Part shown: piece by piece, positions 1-9,578 of the stretch | How the letters are laid out: every line of letters begins with the position of its first letter | Position numbering within the stretch: the stretch's first letter is position 1 | Assembly: GCA_051251645.1 (NCBI GenBank) | Contig: JBPOEY010000002.1 | Span: 70,093-134,092 of the forward strand | From: Litorimonas sp. | GTDB taxonomy: Bacteria; Pseudomonadota; Alphaproteobacteria; Caulobacterales; Maricaulaceae | Reading direction: 5' to 3' | Length of the DNA: 64,000 nt | Made by a program: the position numbers and the translations under genes | Notes under the pieces: model-generated | What the model saw: only the letters and a program-made list of their open reading frames with translations | Database searches by the model: none | Told to the model about the DNA's origin: nothing

Positions 1-905
1 TGCGGGTCTCCTGACCGGGCTTTCAATAAGGCCGCGATGTGGTCTGGGTCGCCTTCATGGCCACCATGGAAAACCCCTAGGCCCCCGTCAGTATGCCGCA
101 AGGTCGCAATCATCGGCAGCATTCGGTCAATGGCCCGATCAAGCGCGCGGGAACCTTCCAGACTTGTTGCCTGCAACACTGAATCCGCCGCAAGTAGAGC
201 CTCTAGGGCCTCTAGCGTTGCCATGGGCGACCGGCTGACATGTCCGCCGTCAGCTAATATCTGCACAGTAATTTCTTCGTCCAGACTATCCAAGGCCCGC
301 GCTAGAATCGTTTCACCCTTTTCGGCAAGCCGCGCGCCATAAATGACGAGGGACGCTTGTGCCCGCAATCGAGGGAGACCGTCCAATAGTCGCGCCGCGT
401 CACGGCGTAAAAGACGCATCTGACCTGAATATCGCCCGGCCAAAACACCTTGCGCATCCGTCAAGGTCGATAGCATCAGACCCCAGTGAAGCGTGCGTCG
501 TGCAAGCAAATCAGGAGCAAAAACAAACGCATTGCTGCCCGCAAAAGCATCGGCCCATTGCGCCACCAATTGTCCGGCCTTGGCGTCACCGCCGGGAACG
601 CTCAGAAGGTCCGCTAGCCAATCAAAACTATGAATCCAGTCTGCAAACCGCTCAGACGGAAGAGACACGGAAAAAGGGTGACCATGAGATCCAACATCGA
701 TGCTGTGGCCGCCAAACATCCACCGACCTGCCAGCAAATCAGTGCCGTGACGACGATTGCCGTAAGGCCGCGCGACCGTGATCGGTTTGAAATTCGGCGA
801 TCGCCCCCCGGCTTTCGGTTTAGGCCGCAGCGAGGCTGACGTGTCCATGACCACCTGGCCGAGCCGGGCGCGCAGAGCGTCAGTTATGTTGACCCGTCGT
901 GACAC
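1..905 (-). CDS. Heparinase II/III family protein (partial, runs off left edge)
   Basis: Not in the ORF track. Manual translation from GTG at 905 stays open over the ~425 nt checked and gives PSERFADWIHSFDWLADLL and FAPDLLARRTLHW, resembling the N-terminus of alphaproteobacterial heparinase II/III-like proteins. Starts 11 nt after the rpe stop. Confidence 0.6.
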   Translation of the reverse strand, partial: MSRRVNITDALRARLGQVVMDTSASLRPKPKAGGRSPNFKPITVARPYGNRRHGTDLLAGRWMFGGHSIDVGSHGHPFSVSLPSERFADWIHSFDWLADLLSVPGGDAKAGQLVAQWADAFAGSNAFVFAPDLLARRTLHWGLMLSTLTDAQGVLAGRYSGQMRLLRRDAARLLDGLPRLRAQASLVIYGARLAEKGETILARALDSLDEEITVQILADGGHVSRSPMATLEALEALLAADSVLQATSLEGSRALDRAIDRMLPMIATLRHTDGGLGVFHGGHEGDPDHIAALLKARSGDP

Positions 906-915
906 TTCGCGGCGA

Positions 916-1602
916 TCAGGCCGCAGCCCGCGCAGAGGGGCCTCGGAGAGCTTGAATATTTTCAGAAAGCGTCCCGGCACCTTTGAATACGGCGCTGCCT
1001 GCAACCAACGCCGTAGCCCCCGCCGCAATACATCGTCGAGCCGTTTGCGGATTCACGCCACCGTCAACTTCCAAGACAATTTCACGACCCGTTTGATCAA
1101 TCATTTTGCGTAACATTTCGATCTTCGCGAGTTGGCTCTCAATGAAGCTTTGACCGCCAAAGCCGGGATTAACACTCATGACCAGAATCATATCGACCAA
1201 ATCAATCATTGGGGCCACCACGCTCGCGGGTGTACCCGGATTTAGAACAAGACCCGGCTTTGCCCCGCGGTTTCGGATCGCTTGCAAGCTACGATGCGGG
1301 TGCGGTCCCGCGTCTGGATGAATGGAAAGAAAATCAGCGCCCGCATCAATGAACGCATCTAGAAACGGGTCCGCCGGCGCGATCATCAGATGGACGTCAA
1401 AAGGCTTGGCCGAATGAGGGCGTAACGCCTGCACCACATCAGGACCGATGGTAATGTTCGGCACGTAGTGACCGTCCATGACATCAATATGGATCATATC
1501 CGCCCCGGCCGCATCGACATCGGCGACAGCCTGACCGAGCGCCGCAAAATCAGCAGATAAGATAGACGGGGAAATGAGAACGTCGCTCACAGGCAGCCTC
1601 AA
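916..1602 (-). CDS. rpe: Ribulose-phosphate 3-epimerase
   Basis: [37 protein letters not shown] and EVDGG motifs. Start may be GTG at 1590. Confidence 0.97.
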   Translation of the reverse strand: MRLPVSDVLISPSILSADFAALGQAVADVDAAGADMIHIDVMDGHYVPNITIGPDVVQALRPHSAKPFDVHLMIAPADPFLDAFIDAGADFLSIHPDAGPHPHRSLQAIRNRGAKPGLVLNPGTPASVVAPMIDLVDMILVMSVNPGFGGQSFIESQLAKIEMLRKMIDQTGREIVLEVDGGVNPQTARRCIAAGATALVAGSAVFKGAGTLSENIQALRGPSARAAA

Positions 1603-1770
1603 TCAATGGCGTTAGAATATCGAAATAAGGTCTACAATCTCGGCTCAGTGATAACCTAGCAGTGTGTCCAGCGCTTCGCAACGCGCAGACGCAATCCAGA
1701 TATTACTCACAGGAAGAGTGAGCATGGGAAGGAAAGGCATAGAGTTAGCGGGTAAAAGAGCTTCGCCCAC

Positions 1771-1804
1771 AACAAAGCCCGATCCGGGGTTAGCCGGACC
1801 GGGC
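1771..1804 (-). terminator. Intrinsic terminator
   Basis: Minus strand GCCCGGTCCGG-CTAACC-CCGGATCGGGC followed by TTTGTT, just downstream of the 1829 stop. Confidence 0.7.
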
Positions 1805-1828
1805 ACGATGTATCGATCTGCGAAACGC

Positions 1829-2608
1829 TTATTTGCGGATCGGCAGGTAATCGCTTGAGCTATAAGTTGAACCCGACGTGGCGTAACCGCCATATGTGTC
1901 GGTGACTGCATCGCCGGAATAAACAGTTGTCGAGGAGGACACAGGACCGCAACATGCAGTTGTCAGCTCAGGAGCCACATAAGTCGAGCTGTAAGTTGAA
2001 GTTACAGGCGCCGCGTATGTCGAGCTGGTGTGGCTCGAATAAGACGACCCACCGCTTTGCAAACAGGATCCATCAGGCTGCATTGATGTGCCTGCTGGAC
2101 AATTAGCAACACCACCGGAGGACGCATAGCCGCCTGAAGAATAGCTCCCTGACGTGTAAGAAGAGCCACCTGTATAGGTAGATGAACCTGTGTAGCTACT
2201 GACATGTGAGCCACCTTGCAAACACGTCCCATCAGGCTGCGATGTTGTTCCTGTCGGACAAGGTGCAGTTTCTTGTGTGTAGGTCGGCGTTGACGGGTAG
2301 GATGACGTAACATGTGTCGAGCCTGTCGTGATCGTCGGATAACCCGTTGTCACAGCGCCGCAAGACGTTGTGCATGGAACACCTTCATAGCCATAATGTG
2401 TCCGCGGCGCAGGCGCTGGGCGGAAAGTTGGTGTTGTAACACCAGTCGTACAGCTTGAACCGCAAGATTGAGCGCTTTCATAATCATAGTGCGAACTCGC
2501 ACCATACTGATTAGTTTTAGCATGACTGTTGGCGCAGGCGGTAAGGCCGAGCGCCGCAATTGCGGCAGACCCCATAAGGCCGCTGCGGATAATCTGTTTC
2601 GTGCTCAT
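1829..2608 (-). CDS. Ser/Thr/Gly/Tyr-rich Cys-containing lipoprotein, unknown function
   Basis: Signal peptide with lipobox (AAIAALGLTAC) from ATG 2608. Two copies of CP(T/A)GT(T/S)xQPDG(T/S)CLQ. Followed by a terminator. Confidence 0.8.
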   Translation of the reverse strand: MSTKQIIRSGLMGSAAIAALGLTACANSHAKTNQYGASSHYDYESAQSCGSSCTTGVTTPTFRPAPAPRTHYGYEGVPCTTSCGAVTTGYPTITTGSTHVTSSYPSTPTYTQETAPCPTGTTSQPDGTCLQGGSHVSSYTGSSTYTGGSSYTSGSYSSGGYASSGGVANCPAGTSMQPDGSCLQSGGSSYSSHTSSTYAAPVTSTYSSTYVAPELTTACCGPVSSSTTVYSGDAVTDTYGGYATSGSTYSSSDYLPIRK

Positions 2609-2736
2609 GAAGAGCCTCCCATATTGACACATCGCTGAACGTTTCGCTTCAAGACTCGTGCCAGTTTGGAAGATTTCTAATCAAACTGAGTTAATACGAT
2701 CTTTAAACCCTGTTTTCAGGTCGTATTTTTAAGCCT

Positions 2737-4317
2737 CTATGCCTCTTTCGCGTCTATGTTGTCGGCTCTTTTAAGAACCGCGATGAAAAATCCGTCCATT
2801 CCTCGTCCATCGGGCGCTTCAGACGGCAAAAGTCTAATCATGCCGCCGTCTATGCGCCCCTCTGGAAGGTCCAAACCCGGGATAGGTGACAGCTTAACAA
2901 GGCCAAAATCAGGCATCGCCTTCAAAAACTTCCGCACCCGGTCTGCAGCTTCTCTTTCCTGCAACGAACACACCGAATATAGCAGCGTTCCGCCCGGCGA
3001 TACGCATTTCGCCGCATGCTTGAGCAGCGTATCTTGGAGTCGGGTGAGAGGCGTAATATCCCGCTCGCGACGGTTGTGAATAACGTCCGGATGCCGCCGG
3101 AATGTTCCCGTCGAAGAACATGGCGCATCGAGTAAAACCGCATCGAACAAAGTTTCCGGCATATATTCTGTCAAATCAGCCATTATAATGGTCGCGTCGA
3201 GTTTTGTGCGGTCCAAATTGCGTTTGAGCCGCTCTGTGCGCGCCTCGGACAAATCAAACGCGGTCACATCACCGCCCATTGCGCATAATTGCATGGTCTT
3301 CCCGCCGGGGGCGGCGCATAAATCTGCGACGCGCTTCCCTTCAAATCCACCGCAGGCTTGCTCCAACACGCGCGCTGGCAATGACGCTGAAATATCTTGC
3401 GCCCACCATTCGCCCTCTTGGAAGCCTTCCAAGGCGGTCACATTCCCAATCACATCAAGACGGACAGTTTTTCCGCCAATAACTGTTCCGCCCAATTTTT
3501 TGGCCCACCCTTCAGGGTCATTTTTCACAGACAGATCCAGCGGAGGGGACGTTGCCAGCAACAGCGCCATGCGCCGGACCGCCGCCTTACCGTAAAGCCG
3601 GGACCATTCCGAACGAAGCCAGCCGGGAATATTATTGATCGGAGGGACTTTCGCCGCTTCGGCTTTGCCGATCTCTGACACCTTGCGCAGAACTGCATTG
3701 ACCAACCCCTTAAAGGGTTCAGATTTCTCATCGGCTTTGACCAACGTCACCGTGTCGCCCACCGCTGCATGCGGCGCAACATCCATAAACACCATCTGTG
3801 CGACGGCCGTTTGGAGGTAGGCCTGCACCCGTCCGGGCGGCGGCGATTTGACCAATGGGGCTAAGACGGCGTCAATTTGCCCCATTCGCCGCAGCGTTGT
3901 TGCGCCGATCGCGCGGGCAAAAGCCCGGTCGCGCGGATCGAGACCTTCGAGAGCAGGGTTTTTCGCAAGCGAGCTTTCCAACCGGAACCCCCGGCCCATC
4001 ACATCCGCCACAGCCATTGCGGCGGCTTTGCGCGCCCGTTGGGCATTGGTCAGCTCTTGGCGCGGGGGACGTGACCAAGCGCGAGGTTTATCACCCGAGC
4101 CGCCTTTTCGATCATTAGACCCCGTGCTTTTTCCTTTATAGCCGCCTGAACCGCCGCCTTGCCCCCCTTTGTAGCCGCCACCTTTACTCGGTGGACGACC
4201 TTTTGCGCCGGGCTTCGCCCCTGGTTTTCCGCCAGATTTCGGCGGGCCACGTCGGTCGCCACCACCGCCAGAAGATGTGCGAAGGGGGCGTGAGGAATTT
4301 TTGGGCGTGTCAGACAT
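2737..4317 (-). CDS. rsmB: RsmB/NOL1/NOP2/Sun family RNA m5C methyltransferase with NusB-like domain
   Basis: DLCAAPGGKT, LLDAPCSSTGT and YSVCSL motifs; NusB-like GLVNAVLRK. Long Gly/Lys-rich N-terminal tail. Probable start ATG 4317. Confidence 0.9.
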   Translation of the reverse strand: MSDTPKNSSRPLRTSSGGGGDRRGPPKSGGKPGAKPGAKGRPPSKGGGYKGGQGGGSGGYKGKSTGSNDRKGGSGDKPRAWSRPPRQELTNAQRARKAAAMAVADVMGRGFRLESSLAKNPALEGLDPRDRAFARAIGATTLRRMGQIDAVLAPLVKSPPPGRVQAYLQTAVAQMVFMDVAPHAAVGDTVTLVKADEKSEPFKGLVNAVLRKVSEIGKAEAAKVPPINNIPGWLRSEWSRLYGKAAVRRMALLLATSPPLDLSVKNDPEGWAKKLGGTVIGGKTVRLDVIGNVTALEGFQEGEWWAQDISASLPARVLEQACGGFEGKRVADLCAAPGGKTMQLCAMGGDVTAFDLSEARTERLKRNLDRTKLDATIIMADLTEYMPETLFDAVLLDAPCSSTGTFRRHPDVIHNRRERDITPLTRLQDTLLKHAAKCVSPGGTLLYSVCSLQEREAADRVRKFLKAMPDFGLVKLSPIPGLDLPEGRIDGGMIRLLPSEAPDGRGMDGFFIAVLKRADNIDAKEA

Positions 4318-4516
4318 GGCGCGCCCATAGGACAGACCCGACGAACGGTCCATCCCGGCGCGCGGCTACCCTGCGGCAAATTAGCGGGACGGTTTATGGT
4401 AAACAGTGTCCTAGCGTGGGATTCACGTCATTTTCAGCCTTCCACTGTAGCGAAAAGGGACATCGGGCGAACTGTTCCGGTTTGACGTTGCGGGTCGCCG
4501 CTCCTACCGTTCGGGT

Positions 4517-4723
4517 ATGTCAGAGACAGCTCCCGAAGATTTGGAAAATGCGGCCCCCGGTAAGGCTTTGTCCCCCGCCGCCCAGCGCGCCTTGAAAGAG
4601 GCCGCCGCGCGAAGACGGAAGACGGCTGAACACACACGTCCGACTGAGCGGAACGGTCCGAGCGGCGAAGAGCCGACGCGGTTTGGGGACTGGGAACGAG
4701 GCGGTATCGCTTACGATTTCTAA
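4517..4723 (+). CDS. DUF1674 / SDHAF4-like small protein
   Basis: C-terminal GPSGEEPTRFGDWERGGIAYDF signature. Confidence 0.9.
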   Translation: MSETAPEDLENAAPGKALSPAAQRALKEAAARRRKTAEHTRPTERNGPSGEEPTRFGDWERGGIAYDF

Positions 4724-4812
4724 ACCCACATCGCGCCGGCCATGCTTCGCCGTAAGTGGTGAATGATGGCGCACTGGAAAGGTCCGGGCGCAAACTTAGT
4801 GGGAGTGGCGAA

Positions 4813-5919
4813 ATGGCCATCAAAACGGCTCTTTTGAGCGTCGGCGGCACAGTCGCAATATTCGGTCTCTTAAGTGGATCAGCCTTCGCGGGCGGTCCGT
4901 CTTACTGTGGTAGCAACCCCGGCTGTGATACAGGCGTCGCCTATCTACCATCTCCGACGGGATATTCCGGACCGACAACGATTGAGAACCGCACCCCCTA
5001 TGATTTTCTCGATAGCGTTCATTTTCAACGCTCGCCTCATGTCTCAATCACGCGCGTTCACAGCCTAGACCCCACAGTCGGCTTGGCCGACTCCCCCGTT
5101 GGTTTCACACAAGGCTGTCATCCGCAGAGCACAACCTATTGTCGGTCAGGCCATCAAGCCAACGCCACAACAACGGTCAGTGCGACACCGACACAGAGAC
5201 AAGCGCCGATTGTTCAAGCCCCTGTTGTGCGCGCGCCTATCATGCACGCCCCGGCCCCTGTGACAATGCCATCGCGGGTCGTCGCGACTGGCGGCGGCTT
5301 TGATCAGACAAAATTCACGCCGCGCATTTACGGTGATCCGTATACAATCACGCCGGGCATTGCCTATCTTCCGACATCCATCGTCGACCGCAACCCCTAT
5401 CGTGCGCAAGCCGTCTTGGATTCAGGTCCAGGCGGAATTACCCCCGCATTGACGGGCATGCCTATTGGTCCGCTTCCGACGCCCCGACCCTATAACTGGG
5501 CCGCGCCTGAGACAGCGATGATGGCCCCGCGCCCTCCCGTGATGATGCGTCCCACGATTCAGCCCCGCATGATGCAAGCGCCGAGGGTTCAGGCTCCCAT
5601 GATGCAGGCTCCGATGGGTCAGAGGCCAATGATGCACCCCTCCATTCCAACGGGACATCCCGGCGCGGCGGGTGCGCCCTACCAACTGTCGAATGGTCGC
5701 TACGGCTCAACCGTTGGTGCTGATGGAACCTATTGGGAAAAAGTGTCAGGCCCAACTCAGTTCGGCAATACGGTTGCCTCGCAAGTCATTTGCAAACGCC
5801 GCCTCCCGCATCCAACTCCGACACCTTATCCAGTTCCGCAACCCATGCCGCCTGTGACGTGTAACGCTCAAGCCCGTCACCCGGGTCGGCATTACGGTGG
5901 ACAGTCGAGCCGCTACTAA
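4813..5919 (+). CDS. Secreted Pro-rich, Cys-containing protein with pentapeptide repeats
   Basis: GGGAG then ATG 4813; signal peptide ending AFA. QAPIV/QAPVV/RAPIM and QAPRV/QAPMM/QAPMG repeats. Followed by a terminator. Confidence 0.8.
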   Translation: MAIKTALLSVGGTVAIFGLLSGSAFAGGPSYCGSNPGCDTGVAYLPSPTGYSGPTTIENRTPYDFLDSVHFQRSPHVSITRVHSLDPTVGLADSPVGFTQGCHPQSTTYCRSGHQANATTTVSATPTQRQAPIVQAPVVRAPIMHAPAPVTMPSRVVATGGGFDQTKFTPRIYGDPYTITPGIAYLPTSIVDRNPYRAQAVLDSGPGGITPALTGMPIGPLPTPRPYNWAAPETAMMAPRPPVMMRPTIQPRMMQAPRVQAPMMQAPMGQRPMMHPSIPTGHPGAAGAPYQLSNGRYGSTVGADGTYWEKVSGPTQFGNTVASQVICKRRLPHPTPTPYPVPQPMPPVTCNAQARHPGRHYGGQSSRY

Positions 5920-5949
5920 GCCCGAACAAAACCCCTCAAAATAGATCAA

Positions 5950-5980
5950 GCCGCGGCCCTCTCAGGGCGGCGGCTTTTTT
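5950..5980 (+). terminator. Intrinsic terminator
   Basis: GCCGCGGCCCT-CTC-AGGGCGGCGGC followed by TTTTTT. Confidence 0.8.
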
Positions 5981-6090
5981 CATGGCCCGTATCTTTGGCA
6001 CAGCCATTGCAGCACCTCTTGTCGGAGCGGCCCGGTTGGTCCTCTGTTCGAATTTCAATTCGGACCAACGCGCAAGGAAGAGGCTCGCCC

Positions 6091-6867
6091 GTGTCCAAGC
6101 TCATCAAAATTACTCTGGGACTCGTCGCAGCGACTGCGCTCGGCGCGACCGCTCAAGCCGGATGTCCGGTGGTCACCAAGACCACATGTGTGACCTGTGT
6201 CGTCACACCTCCGCCACCGTGTGTGAAATGCGACGGGCCACGAACGGGCACGAGCACCCTGCCGCCGCTATCATCCTATTTCGACCATCAAGCGCGGTGT
6301 GGAACGACACCGGTCTATCGTCCGGTCCACCGCCCAACAGTGACGTCATATTCTGGCGCATCGGCTCATGCAGGCGCATCAAGCTCTGGCAGTACGTCTA
6401 GCGCAAACAGTTTCGCGACTGCATCTGCACACGCAGGCGGCACCACGTCACAGGCCTCTGCCTATGCGTCAGCGTCAGCTTCAGCCGCCTCCGGCGCACA
6501 TGCGACGGCAACGGCCCGCGCAACCAGTTATGCGTCGTCCCACCACGCGCCAGTGGTCACATCCACCTATCAGGGCCATCAATATCGCTATGAAGGGTTT
6601 TCAGGAACTTACGGCGGCCTTGGGCACAATGAGCGCCTTCACCCGACAACATGTCCGGTCGCCGTCCATAATCCTCAACGTCATAAAGTTGCGGGCTGCT
6701 ACAAGGTTGTAAAACAATGGACGCCGCCAAAAGTTCATCGGCCTGCGCCACAACAAGTATTTTACCGCGTTGTGCGCCCGATCATCTATGTGCGCTATCC
6801 CGTTCCGGTCTGTGTGACTGGCCCTTGTGCGCCGCAACATTACGGACGCTCGCGTTACGGCAGCTAG
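6091..6867 (+). CDS. Secreted Ser/Ala-rich, Cys-containing protein
   Basis: GTG 6091 gives a signal peptide (MSKLIKITLGLVAATALGATAQA), a Cys-rich N-terminus, an SASA/ATAS low-complexity core and a CPV...GCYKVV C-terminal region. Confidence 0.75.
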   Translation: MSKLIKITLGLVAATALGATAQAGCPVVTKTTCVTCVVTPPPPCVKCDGPRTGTSTLPPLSSYFDHQARCGTTPVYRPVHRPTVTSYSGASAHAGASSSGSTSSANSFATASAHAGGTTSQASAYASASASAASGAHATATARATSYASSHHAPVVTSTYQGHQYRYEGFSGTYGGLGHNERLHPTTCPVAVHNPQRHKVAGCYKVVKQWTPPKVHRPAPQQVFYRVVRPIIYVRYPVPVCVTGPCAPQHYGRSRYGS

Positions 6868-7589
6868 ACTGTTCTAAAATCGACGCTGCGGGTCTCCGCC
6901 ATAATGGCGCGAGCCGCGGCAACAGGATCCTCAGCTTGCGTGATCGGTCGCCCGATCACCAAATGCGACGCTCCGGACGCTAAGGCGGCCGCGGGCGTTG
7001 CAATGCGTTTCTGATCCCCTGCATCGGATCCGCGCGGCCGGACGCCTGGCGTCACCACAAGAAAACTCTCTGGCACAGCGGCGCGGATTGCCGCCGCTTC
7101 GAGCGGCGACGCGACAACGCCGTCGACGCCCGCGTCCAACGCTTGCCGCACCCGACGCATCACGAGATTTTCGGCATTATCATTATAACCAATATCCTCG
7201 AGCGCCTTTTGATCGAGCGAGGTCAAGACCGTCACACCGAGAATTTTAAGGCTCGAACTGCCCTTCCCTTTGACTGCTGCGCGCATCACATCGGGTCGCG
7301 CATGCACGGTCAGCAACTGGGCATCGAGCCCGGCAATGGACCGCGTCGCTTTCTCAACCGTCGCGTCAATGTCGTGGAATTTGAAATCGAGAAAGACATT
7401 CTTACCCATCGCCCGAAGGTCACGCCCCAATTCCACGCCGCCAATGGGGAGGAGTTGCAGGCCAATTTTGTAACTCGCGACACTCTCCCCCAAACGCTCC
7501 ACCAGCGTCCGCGCCTCGGCCACACTTGGAAGGTCAAGCGCGACAAAAACGCGTTCGTCAGTCAGATTATCGGTCTCGGATATCATCAA
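6864..7589 (-). CDS. pyrF: Orotidine-5'-phosphate decarboxylase
   Basis: FVALD, YKIG, FLDFKFHDIDATV, VTPGVRP and VIGRPIT motifs. Confidence 0.97.
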   Translation of the reverse strand: MMISETDNLTDERVFVALDLPSVAEARTLVERLGESVASYKIGLQLLPIGGVELGRDLRAMGKNVFLDFKFHDIDATVEKATRSIAGLDAQLLTVHARPDVMRAAVKGKGSSSLKILGVTVLTSLDQKALEDIGYNDNAENLVMRRVRQALDAGVDGVVASPLEAAAIRAAVPESFLVVTPGVRPRGSDAGDQKRIATPAAALASGASHLVIGRPITQAEDPVAAARAIMAETRSVDFRTV

Positions 7590-8401
7590 TTTTCGCCTGT
7601 ATTTCGGTAGCTTTCCGAGCGCTTGCGCAACATCGCTTTGACGCGGGATTGTGGCAAGAAGCGCCCAAGACGCGCGATCGTCCGGTTGACTTTCCCTGGA
7701 ATAAAGACGTCCTTATTGGCCTCCAAAGCATCCGCCGCCAAGCGCGCGCACTCCGCCGCACTCATCGTCATATAGTTTGGTAGCTGATTGATGCCGTCGC
7801 GCGTGCCGTTCACATCATGGAACTCCGTAATAACGAATCCCGGACACAGCGCGGACACATGCACGCCCGTCTCTTCCATTTCCACATTCAGGCTCTGGCT
7901 GAACTTAAGCAGATAAGCTTTGACGGCGGCGTAGAGCGTATGGCCCTTACTACCCGGCAAATGTCCAGCCAAGCTCGCCACATTCATCACCCGGCCGAAG
8001 CCCCGGTCCACCATGCCCGGCAGCAGTTTGCGGGTCGCTTCGACAACCACATCAACCATCAGCGTGTTAAACTTGTCATGCTCCTCCCACGAACTGTCGA
8101 GAAACACGCCCGGATGGCCGTACCCGGCATTATTGATCAGCCCGTCAACCGTCAGGCCTTTGCCTTTAATTTCGGCCAACATCATATCAACCGCCCCATT
8201 CGCCATCAGGTCAGCCGTCACGCAATCGACATTGACGGAAAACACTGTTTCAATCTCAGCCTTCAAAGCTTCGAGACGGTCCGTACGTCGCGCGGTCACA
8301 ATCAGGTTCCATCCGCGTCCCGCATATTCCCGTGCCAAGGCCGCGCCAATTCCAGCCGACGCGCCCGTGATGAGCATCGTTCTCTTGCTTGCAACCGTCA
8401 T
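7586..8401 (-). CDS. Short-chain dehydrogenase/reductase (SDR)
   Basis: TGASAGIG, NNAG and YAAVK motifs. Probable start ATG 8401; ATGA overlap with pyrF. Confidence 0.92.
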   Translation of the reverse strand: MTVASKRTMLITGASAGIGAALAREYAGRGWNLIVTARRTDRLEALKAEIETVFSVNVDCVTADLMANGAVDMMLAEIKGKGLTVDGLINNAGYGHPGVFLDSSWEEHDKFNTLMVDVVVEATRKLLPGMVDRGFGRVMNVASLAGHLPGSKGHTLYAAVKAYLLKFSQSLNVEMEETGVHVSALCPGFVITEFHDVNGTRDGINQLPNYMTMSAAECARLAADALEANKDVFIPGKVNRTIARLGRFLPQSRVKAMLRKRSESYRNTGEN

Positions 8402-8455
8402 ACATGAACCCTTTGTGTGTTTGCCGCCGTCCGACCACCTGCTAGACGGCTGACT

Positions 8456-8782
8456 ATGCAATGGCAATCAATCGGACGGATGAGTTTAGTCAGCGGCGCT
8501 GCAATGCTGCTGAGTGGGTGTCTCACCCCCAAATTTGAGGATGCTCAGCCCGAAAAATATGTGGGCTATGATTGCGAGCAACTTAATCTGCTCTCAGAAA
8601 GCTATCGAGCCAGCCCGCAAGACCTTCTGCTTGAGGAAGATCCGAGCGAGCTTGAACGCACGAATCGCCGCAATATCTCATCCCTATTCGGTCAGCGCGC
8701 AGGCGACCGTCCGATAAACGCCCAAGAAGAGCGTGACCGTCGGTCCATTGCTCTCGCCCGTCGCCAAAAGGGCTGCCAGTAA
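8456..8782 (+). CDS. Small lipoprotein
   Basis: Lipobox LLSGC; YVGYDCEQL; stop lies 2 nt before the next gene. Confidence 0.7.
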   Translation: MQWQSIGRMSLVSGAAMLLSGCLTPKFEDAQPEKYVGYDCEQLNLLSESYRASPQDLLLEEDPSELERTNRRNISSLFGQRAGDRPINAQEERDRRSIALARRQKGCQ

Positions 8783-8784
8783 TT

Positions 8785-9570
8785 TTGGACTCGGTTGCCC
8801 TCATTCGATTAGGCGTTTTCATTGGCGCTCTGTGTTTCTTCATGGCGCTGGAAAGTGTCGTTCCGGCCCGTGTGCGGGTCTTACCGCGCCTGTCCCGTTG
8901 GCGGACCAATCTGTCTTTATCCGCTCTGGGCAGTCTCGTTGGCATACTGATGACGCCTGTTCTTGCGGTCAGTGTCGCAGTTCTTGCATCAGCGAATGGC
9001 TGGGGCCTGTTTAATGTTATCGCGCTTGATCCGTGGGTAGAAGGCGTACTGGCGATCATTTTTCTCGACTTCACGATTTGGGCGCAACATGTGGCCTTTC
9101 ACTATGTCCCATGGCTGTGGCGCTTGCACCGAGTCCACCACACAGATCGGGACTTAGACGCCACGAGCGGTGTCCGTTTTCATCCCGTTGAAATTGCCAT
9201 CAGCCTATTGTGGAAAGCTGTGGTTATTCTGGCGCTTGGCCCCTCGGTTCTCGCCGTCATCATCTTTGAAATTGTGCTCAACGCGACCGCTATCTTCACC
9301 CATAGTAATATCGCGTTACCCAAACGGCTCGACCGGACGCTGCGCCGCGTTTTCGTGACGCCGGACATGCACCGCATCCATCATTCCGTTCGCCGACCCG
9401 AGACCAATAGTAATTACGGTTTCAACCTGTCGATTTGGGATCATCTGTTCCGGACTTACCGCACAGACGCGCAGGGTGACCTAACACTCGGCCTGTCAGA
9501 ATATCAGAGTGCGCGTCCCGCCCGACTGCTCTTTTCGCTCTGGCTTCCCTTCACGCGTCGCGCCCCCTAA
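8785..9570 (+). CDS. Sterol desaturase / fatty-acid hydroxylase family protein
   Basis: His boxes HVAFH, HRVHH, FHP and HRIHH in a membrane protein. Confidence 0.93.
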   Translation: MDSVALIRLGVFIGALCFFMALESVVPARVRVLPRLSRWRTNLSLSALGSLVGILMTPVLAVSVAVLASANGWGLFNVIALDPWVEGVLAIIFLDFTIWAQHVAFHYVPWLWRLHRVHHTDRDLDATSGVRFHPVEIAISLLWKAVVILALGPSVLAVIIFEIVLNATAIFTHSNIALPKRLDRTLRRVFVTPDMHRIHHSVRRPETNSNYGFNLSIWDHLFRTYRTDAQGDLTLGLSEYQSARPARLLFSLWLPFTRRAP

Positions 9571-9578
9571 AAGGGGTC

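Noticed and set aside
37-1113. Plus-strand ORFs 37-342, 359-781, 630-839 and 778-1113
   Set aside because: Antisense shadows of the heparinase-like gene and rpe. The same applies to most short track ORFs overlapping the genes called above.
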